DNA of 55,778 bases, filler included, from Catajapyx aquilonaris (Eukaryota): NCBI GenBank assembly GCA_000934665.2. It is 4 parts of 4 records of this genome, joined end to end, with 100 filler letters (N's around TTAATTAATTAA, not from the genome) between each part and the next. Parts side by side here need not be neighbours in the genome. Positions count along the whole stretch, not along the records: positions 42,032 to 55,778 come from JYFJ02008001.1; 3 more parts are not named here. One strand, written 5' to 3'. How positions within the stretch are numbered: position 1 is the stretch's first letter; each line of letters opens with the position of its first letter. Shown here one piece after another: positions 49,601 through 55,778 of this stretch. The notes beneath the pieces were generated by a model. The model saw only the letters and a list, made by a program, of their open reading frames with translations, had not been told where the DNA came from and searched no databases. Both the position numbers and the translations under genes were made by a program.

Positions 49601-52533
49601 AAGACAGGAAATCTTGGCTTTCTGGCTCACTATCCACATTTTAGGATAATCAGACTTCACGAGGTGATAGAGCAGCTAAAATGCTACCTACTTGTACAAG
49701 TAACAGAAAACCGTCGAAATTGGACTTTGTGGATTTCTCCTATACGGTGCTGGACATGAATGGTCTCTCACTGCTATAGATCGGTCACTATAAGACCACA
49801 ACCGAGTGCACACACCAGTTCGCGCCACAATCTGGAAAAGTTGCTGAGGCGACATAGACAGAGTCACTGATACTCAGGACATCTGAGCTAAGCACATGGT
49901 AAATGTGGCAACATTGTGGTACGAACAGGTGTGCGCACTCCGTTGTGCTCTTATAGCGACTGATCTATAGCAACATGGGTTGGTTGTGGCTAAAGTGTGA
50001 CGTAATGAAGCACTAATTTTTGCAAGTAATAATTGATAGGCCCTAGTGACTTCACTAGTTGCATGTACTCATTTGAAAGACGTTGAATTCCATCATCTTG
50101 ATAAAACGCATTGTTACATCTGTCCAAGTCACTGGTTCAAAATAAGAATAGTTCAAAAAGACAATTCTGTTCACCTTTCCCTCCCTCGCTTCAATGTGTT
50201 TCGAATGAGTGGCCTGTCACTTATTACTCCCACAGACTCACACTTCATTGCTTTGATTAGCGCTTTTACCGCCAATGGCCCAGGTTGCTAGCAGTGAGAC
50301 ACCATTAACATACAGCAATGTACATAGGCACGCAAAAAGAATGTCCGGGGAGAGTCTTCGTTCAGCCTGGTGGAGGCAAACCATTGCACCTGGGTAGCTG
50401 AGGGAGGAGGGAAAAAGCTCAGCAGATAAGCACGGACGTACACACAAGTGTGTGTGTACACATCTGTGCAATGGTTTGCCTCCACCAGGCTGAACGAAGA
50501 CTCTCCCTGGACATTCTTTTTGCGTCCGATAGTACATAGACAATAAGGAAATATGGAAGTAGACAGCTGGACATAATAGCAGTCCCTTGGAAATTTTCCG
50601 GTATGAGCGGAGCAAGTGTATATTGCCAATCACGCCGGAAAATTTATACGGAACTGCTATTATGACCAGCCGTGTACCGAACTTGCAAATTGGATATAAC
50701 CAAGGCTCTCACATCTGGATTCAGAATAGCTCAATAAGTGATGCAGTTAGCAATGAAAGGAGGTTGCCTTAAACTTGCCTTGGGGTGGTGTAAAAATTAT
50801 CCATGTACACATGGTGCCCCTTGTTCACATAACCTCTCATCAGGTCCATCACAACATCATAAGCCAGGCCGTGCTTCTTGCCCAGTCCAGATTTGCCAGT
50901 GTAGACCTCAAATTTGAGTATGTAGCCAGTTTGGGCATCTGCTAGAACCCAAATTTTAATTCCTCTTTTAGTTGGTTTCCGAGGCATGTACTGTTGAAAT
51001 GCTGAAAGTCGAGACATTAATTTAATCACACGTTATATTTAATAATGATGATGTCACCACTGTTTCAGAATTTTATCCTACCAATTCTGGCCTTTGTCCC
51101 CACCATCATCTCGTCAATGGAGAGCTCCTTCCCTGCAGAATACTGCTTCGGCATGTTCTTGACCACTCCATCAATCAGTGGTCGTATCTGGAATGCACAG
51201 GCAATGATATGGATATTACAAGGGTTATTTAGTGATGAATCAAAGCTGGATTGTAAGCATGCCGCCTCAGTTTTTTGATTCGTCAGAAACACGGCTCACC
51301 TTGAACAATTTATCCCGCAGAGGATCATGACGGGAAGGTGCTTTGGTGCTGTCGTTACAATGCAGGGCACTTGTAATGTCCATGTACCTGTTTCTTGACA
51401 TAACTCCTGAGAACCACGGAGAGATGGTCATTGGGTCTGTGGACCAATACTCTGTCACAACACTCTTTCCTTGCAGGGCCATTCCTATGCTCAGGCCAAG
51501 AAAGGCATTCAACTCTGGAAGAGTCACATCAGACCAATTTGGCATCCTGGATCTCCGCTGCAGGTGCTTCTCCATTTGGTGTGCATAGAGATTTGTTTCT
51601 GCACAGATCCGCTTCAGCAGGTCCAGAGGCATTAGGCGATTAAACGCTTTCAATGTTTCTTCAGGAGCTCGGTTGAGCCTCTCCGCAACTCGGTTACCCC
51701 CGGTGAATGGGTTGGTACCATTGGGGTTAACCAAGAAATCGGCAGCATCAACCCACTTCCATTCTTCTGCAGCAAGCCTGCGTTTAGCAGCAAGTGGTTT
51801 GGTTGCTGGCCCTCTTGTTCCATGACGCCCATCATGTGTGCCCGCGTCATTCTGTCCGAAGTCCAACTGGCCCCTGGCAGCTCTTCCCTGCATTCTTTGA
51901 GCTCGTGTTGGAGTTGCTCTTTTCTGGTCCATGGAACCACTTGAGATGTCACCTTCAGTAGTGGGACCATCCCTGCCAGCATCTGAAGGGGAACCAGATG
52001 CATCAGCGCTTGCGGCACCAGGTTCATCTAAAGTAAATGGTGAAAAATGTCGAGAATGCAATGCAAAACAAAATGTTAAAAAAGCACTGCACAGGAAGTA
52101 CCTGGTCTATGAACAGGGTTACGTCAGTCTGGGGCATTTCAAACGTGCTGACTCAATAAGCTCGAAATTCCCTTGCCAAGCTACTTCCCTACAGGCCACA
52201 TTTGGGCAGTCTTGATAAGATAAGAAAAGTCTGGTTTTTGCGACAAGGGATAAGGACCATACAGGAATCATAGCGTTCTCGGACCATAACGGTTCAAGGT
52301 GAAATAGAGTAATCACTGAAATACATACCATCCACCTCCAGTACATCTAGGTCTACTTCAGTTTTCACCACCTCCTGTGCTAGTAGTAGGGGATCATAGT
52401 TGAGGGGGTTGTTGAAAAATATTGGATCCTCCTTCTCTTCTTGTTGGGAAGGTTCAAGCAGATCGTCTTCATCCTCATCTTCACTAGTCCACAAAATGTC
52501 CGTGCCACTTTCTTTGAGAGAAAGAGATGCCAT
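46613..52533 (-). CDS. Intron-containing piggyBac-type transposase (PGBD-like, ~723 aa); join(52329-52533, 51300-52027, 51082-51187, 50779-51001, 46613-47522)
   Basis: Motifs ETNLYA, ELNAFLGL, YWSTD, MSRNRY, DKLFK|IRPLID, LSIDEMMV (D1), QYMPRKPTKRGIKIW, YMDNFYT (D2), ACGTVR, YNKFMGGVDLADQ (D3), KWWK and a Cys-rich C-terminus CLVC...CSFC...CSTC. All phases match; total 2172 nt; Kozak-like GCTGCCATGG start. Confidence 0.88.
48337..48696 (+). mobile_element. Full-length tRNA-derived SINE with 13-bp target-site duplication
   Basis: A-box tggccgagatgg, B-box ggttcaaatcc, A-rich tail, and TSD attaataaattag at 48324-48336 and 48697-48709. Confidence 0.88.
48750..49081. mobile_element. Full-length palindromic MITE of the CAGTGCTGG family (Tc1/mariner-type ends)
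   Basis: Arms of ~150 bp mirror each other; ends cagtgctgg...ccagcactg|TA. Confidence 0.85.
49773..49971. repeat. Imperfect inverted repeat (~58-bp arms)
   Basis: tgctatagatcggtcactataag... mirrored by ...cttatagcgactgatctatagca. Confidence 0.75.
50331..50524. repeat. Near-perfect inverted repeat (~59-bp arms), MITE-like
   Basis: cgcaaaaagaatgtcc...aaaccattgcac mirrored by gtgcaatggttt...ggacattctttttgcg. Confidence 0.85.
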
Positions 52534-54044
52534 GGCAGCTCCGCTGAGTCACCCTCGTATAAAAGGTTTTTTTTAACAGGGTCCAGAGAGGGGAGGGTGA
52601 GGTTTTGGTGGTGGGGAAGACCACTAAATAAGGATGAAATTTGGGAGAGGGGACACTTGTATGATCCACTCGTTTTCAAATACACCTTCTCTTTTGCAAG
52701 TCCAACAACCCTTCACAGGCGCTATCTCCTTTGGTCCAATGGAGACGTTTCCAGCTTGGGTCACACTGCCAACAGATGTCAAGAGCGCAGTATTCCATCC
52801 ACCAGGGCAAAGCTGAGATATGACCATATACTGGATTGGTCCAATCAAAGGGAGATGACTATATTGCAGGACACCCAGCTGACAGCTTCCAAGTTACACC
52901 ACAGCACCTAGAAAACGCAACGGCTACAAATGTAGCAAATGAACCCTCAAAATCAGCGGACATGGACAACACTTAAGCCATGGATAGTTAGGTGAGTGGA
53001 CTTTGAGAACATTGCACCCCAAAAGTGAACCACGGTCAAATGGTTGTAAACCCACTGCTCTACACCAAGGCTTTAACCTTTGCAGCTACAAGACATCTGA
53101 AGCATCTAAAATCATCGTACAGGAGGAAGGGGTGTGGTGGAAAAAGGTGATAATCCACAAAAGTGTAATTTTTCAGGAGAGCAAATGTTAGTTAGCATTC
53201 TCTAGCTAGCATCTAGGGAATGCGGGTTTTGATCTAGTCCGTGTGGCCATCTCGTGCATGATACGTAAACTTGGAGTAAGCCTAGTTTGTCACGTCTTTT
53301 ACATAGTTGCTATGTGTTTAGGTCCAAAATGACAAAAATGAGGGTCATCGCATTTTCCCACCACACCCTCAAGCTATGTAACTCAAAAACCAGCGAATAG
53401 GCAAAATAAGTACACATTTGGTACTCACAAACCCATTCCCAATTTTTATATCCGGCAAGACATTATTACAGACAGACAATTCAACATCATGAACATTAAA
53501 GGCGATTTTAAAAAATGTACAGCCTATTCTTCAACATGTGTGCTCAAGTGACTGATTGAAATTAATTACTGTACACTGAAGCTTCTACAGTGCCGTATTT
53601 AATTGTAGCACAACTACTAAATGTGAACCTAAAATACCACACCTGCTCAGAATCTGCAATGATAACTTCCGTTTCCATCCAGGTTCCCAATCAGTGTCGA
53701 GACCAACTTGAGGGCTGATTTTCCCCCAGGAATAATGTACTGGTCCCAAAATTCACAGTGCAAAGTGTGATGAGTCCAAGTAATGTGGAAATAAAAATCT
53801 GCAACCACAGAAAAATGTGTCAGGAACGTGACATACCATTTGAGCATTCAGTACACAGGCATAGCAGACAGTGCAATGATCCACACGCATCGAGTACACA
53901 TGAAAATCAACCTGCATTTATAATCACACAGCAATAGATCATATCAGACCTTACGGATATGTTTATTTGGCGGTGTTCCGGAATCCACAACACTCTGCTC
54001 ACCGGTCACGGCCACGGCCGCTGTCCCACGGTCACATGGCCGTA

Positions 54045-55775
54045 CAGTCCGGTTCGCGGCTTGAGAGCTCCCCTACTTATTCCGAGTTTATAGTGCCTGC
54101 GTAATTTATAAAACAGAACCCACTCGTTTATCAGCGATTTCATCCACACTGCAATAAAATAATACTGTATAAGGTCTAGATTGACAGGCAGGCTGGCATC
54201 ATCAACACTGCAGTCATCATCGACTAGTTTTTACAGACCTAACGAACTTCACAATTTGCGCCACACACTAGCAAATTACGTGATGAATTTTAACGAAACG
54301 TCTAGTAGTTAACCCAAATATTGTATAGGGGACAAAGCTTATAACATGCTGACTGTGACGAAACAGCTTTGTCTGCTAAATTCAAGATGGATAAACACAG
54401 TATGGTGGCCTCACTCGATCTATACGGTAGCACGCTGAAGTGGGTCCATCCACTGGAGGCGCCACTGGTGCTTCAGGGCCGATATTCCCCGCGCTACAAG
54501 TGAACAGCGATTTTCAAATAAGAGTGACGTTATTTTGGCCCCATCCCTAGCGGGAGGGGGAAGCAGGATACAGAGCTGAATCGTTGTTATGCCAACCGCC
54601 TGTTCTGAAAATTCTGAAACACCTGCTGTCAGTGGACTTCTGGGAGCATAACAAGTAGTAAGGTGTGTATGAATGTTGGTTTTTCATTACATATTACCAT
54701 TGCATCCCCAATATTATAGTTGAACTGATTCAATCTCATTGTTTGCTCACGATGCATGCCACCATATTCGGCAGAGGGGTTGAGAGGCATGATCGTGGCC
54801 TACCATGAGATGGGTCTGAGCCCGTCCGACATATTTGAAAAGTCGAGGGGACAGCTCTCAGTCAAGTCCGTCCAGAGATGGATTAAGCGCTACCAGTGCG
54901 AGTCCTTGGAGGAGCTGAAGACGAGGGCCAAACCTGGGCGGCCACATGTCACCAACTCTGAGGAGGACCTAGCCCTCTTCGAGACAGTAGAGCAGCATCC
55001 ATTTCAGCCTATAACTACAGCGATTAGGCGCCACGTCCAGGAGTTTCAGAGCCTCTTCGACACTGCCCGAAGGAGGTAGGCTAAGTGAGGAGTTAGATTT
55101 TAAATTTTGGGGGAGTGGGGGGCTCGTGAACGCATGGTGTTCCGGACTCTACACTGATCAGAGCTAAATATATTAATGTCAGGATTACAAATGAAAACCT
55201 CATCACTGACTCGCCCCTGTTCGGTTACTTACAGGCTGAAAGAACTCGGAATTAAGGCCCGGAACCCGGCCAAGAAGTTCTTTTTAATGGAGGCGCGTAA
55301 GCGCGCCTGCCTTCAGTTTGCGGGAGAAAACATTGGGCGTCCGGTCCAGTACTGGATAGACACCATCTTCAGTGATGAGAAGACCTTCCGGTCCGACTGT
55401 CAGGGAAGTTTACACTGCTGGAGGCCGGATGGCACATGGGCTGTAGCAAGGGCAAGAAATTCGTGGGCCACTTAAGAGTCGTATTTGTTTCGAACTGATC
55501 AGATGATCGTCAGTGTCATGCTCATGTTGGGGAGTAACAAGTTACGGTCTTCTTCTTGTTGCAGCTACGCTCAAGAGCACATCTTGAAGGCCCGGCACAG
55601 TGGCCACATAATGGCAGGATCAGGCATCATGACGCCCTCGCGTATTATTTTATTGCAGTGTGGATGAAATCGCTGATAAACGAGTGGGTTCTGTTTTATG
55701 AATTACGCAGACTCCAAAAACTAGAAATAAATTGCACGAATAAGTAGGGGAGCTCTCAAACTGCGAGCCCGATTG
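54045..55775 (+). mobile_element. Tc1-like DNA transposon with ~125-bp TIRs and TA target duplication, internally deleted
   Basis: TA|cagtccggttcgcggcttgagagctcccctacttatt... mirrored by ...aataagtaggggagctctcaaactgcgagcccgattg|TA; encloses transposase exons. Confidence 0.88.
54756..55620 (+). pseudogene. Truncated, intron-containing Tc1 transposase: exons 54756-55075, 55235-~55438, ~55565-55620
   Basis: HTH region with SVQRWIKRY and GRP motif, AG|G junction into RLKELG, IFSDEKTF (first Asp), CWRPDGT, then YAQEHILKARHSGH. The second Asp and the Glu of DDE are not present before the right TIR. Confidence 0.8.
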
Positions 55776-55778
55776 TAC

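Noticed and set aside
28190..55778. Functional linkage of mael with the piggyBac and Tc1 genes as a transposon-control locus
   Set aside because: They are separated by an artificial spacer, so physical linkage is unsupported.

Overview
Eukaryotic (invertebrate, probably non-insect arthropod-like) intron-rich genomic DNA. It consists of four contigs joined by artificial 100-bp spacers (44 N + TTAATTAATTAA + 44 N at 13950-14049, 28090-28189 and 41932-42031), so adjacency across the spacers is not biological evidence. Contig 1 (1-13949) carries a minus-strand cAMP-dependent protein kinase catalytic subunit gene (PKA-C; the last exon lies off the left edge) with unusually modular splicing. It has three tandem, paralogous, frame-locked 83-bp exons encoding alternative gatekeeper/hinge/alphaD segments, a candidate RNA pairing that could select among them, a 78-bp in-frame cassette exon after the A-helix, and up to four phase-1 first coding exons. 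Contig 2 (14050-28089) has no recognisable gene and is a mosaic of minisatellites, foldbacks and MITEs. Contig 3 (28190-41931) contains a plus-strand maelstrom (piRNA pathway) gene with transposon-filled introns, followed by a spliced orphan ORF. Contig 4 (42032-55778) contains a five-exon piggyBac-type transposase gene with an intact DDD triad, a GC-AG intron and no evident TIRs (candidate domesticated gene), nested MITEs and a SINE, and an intron-containing, internally deleted Tc1-like element. Exon boundaries were derived by hand from splice consensus and reading phase; no transcript or database evidence was available.
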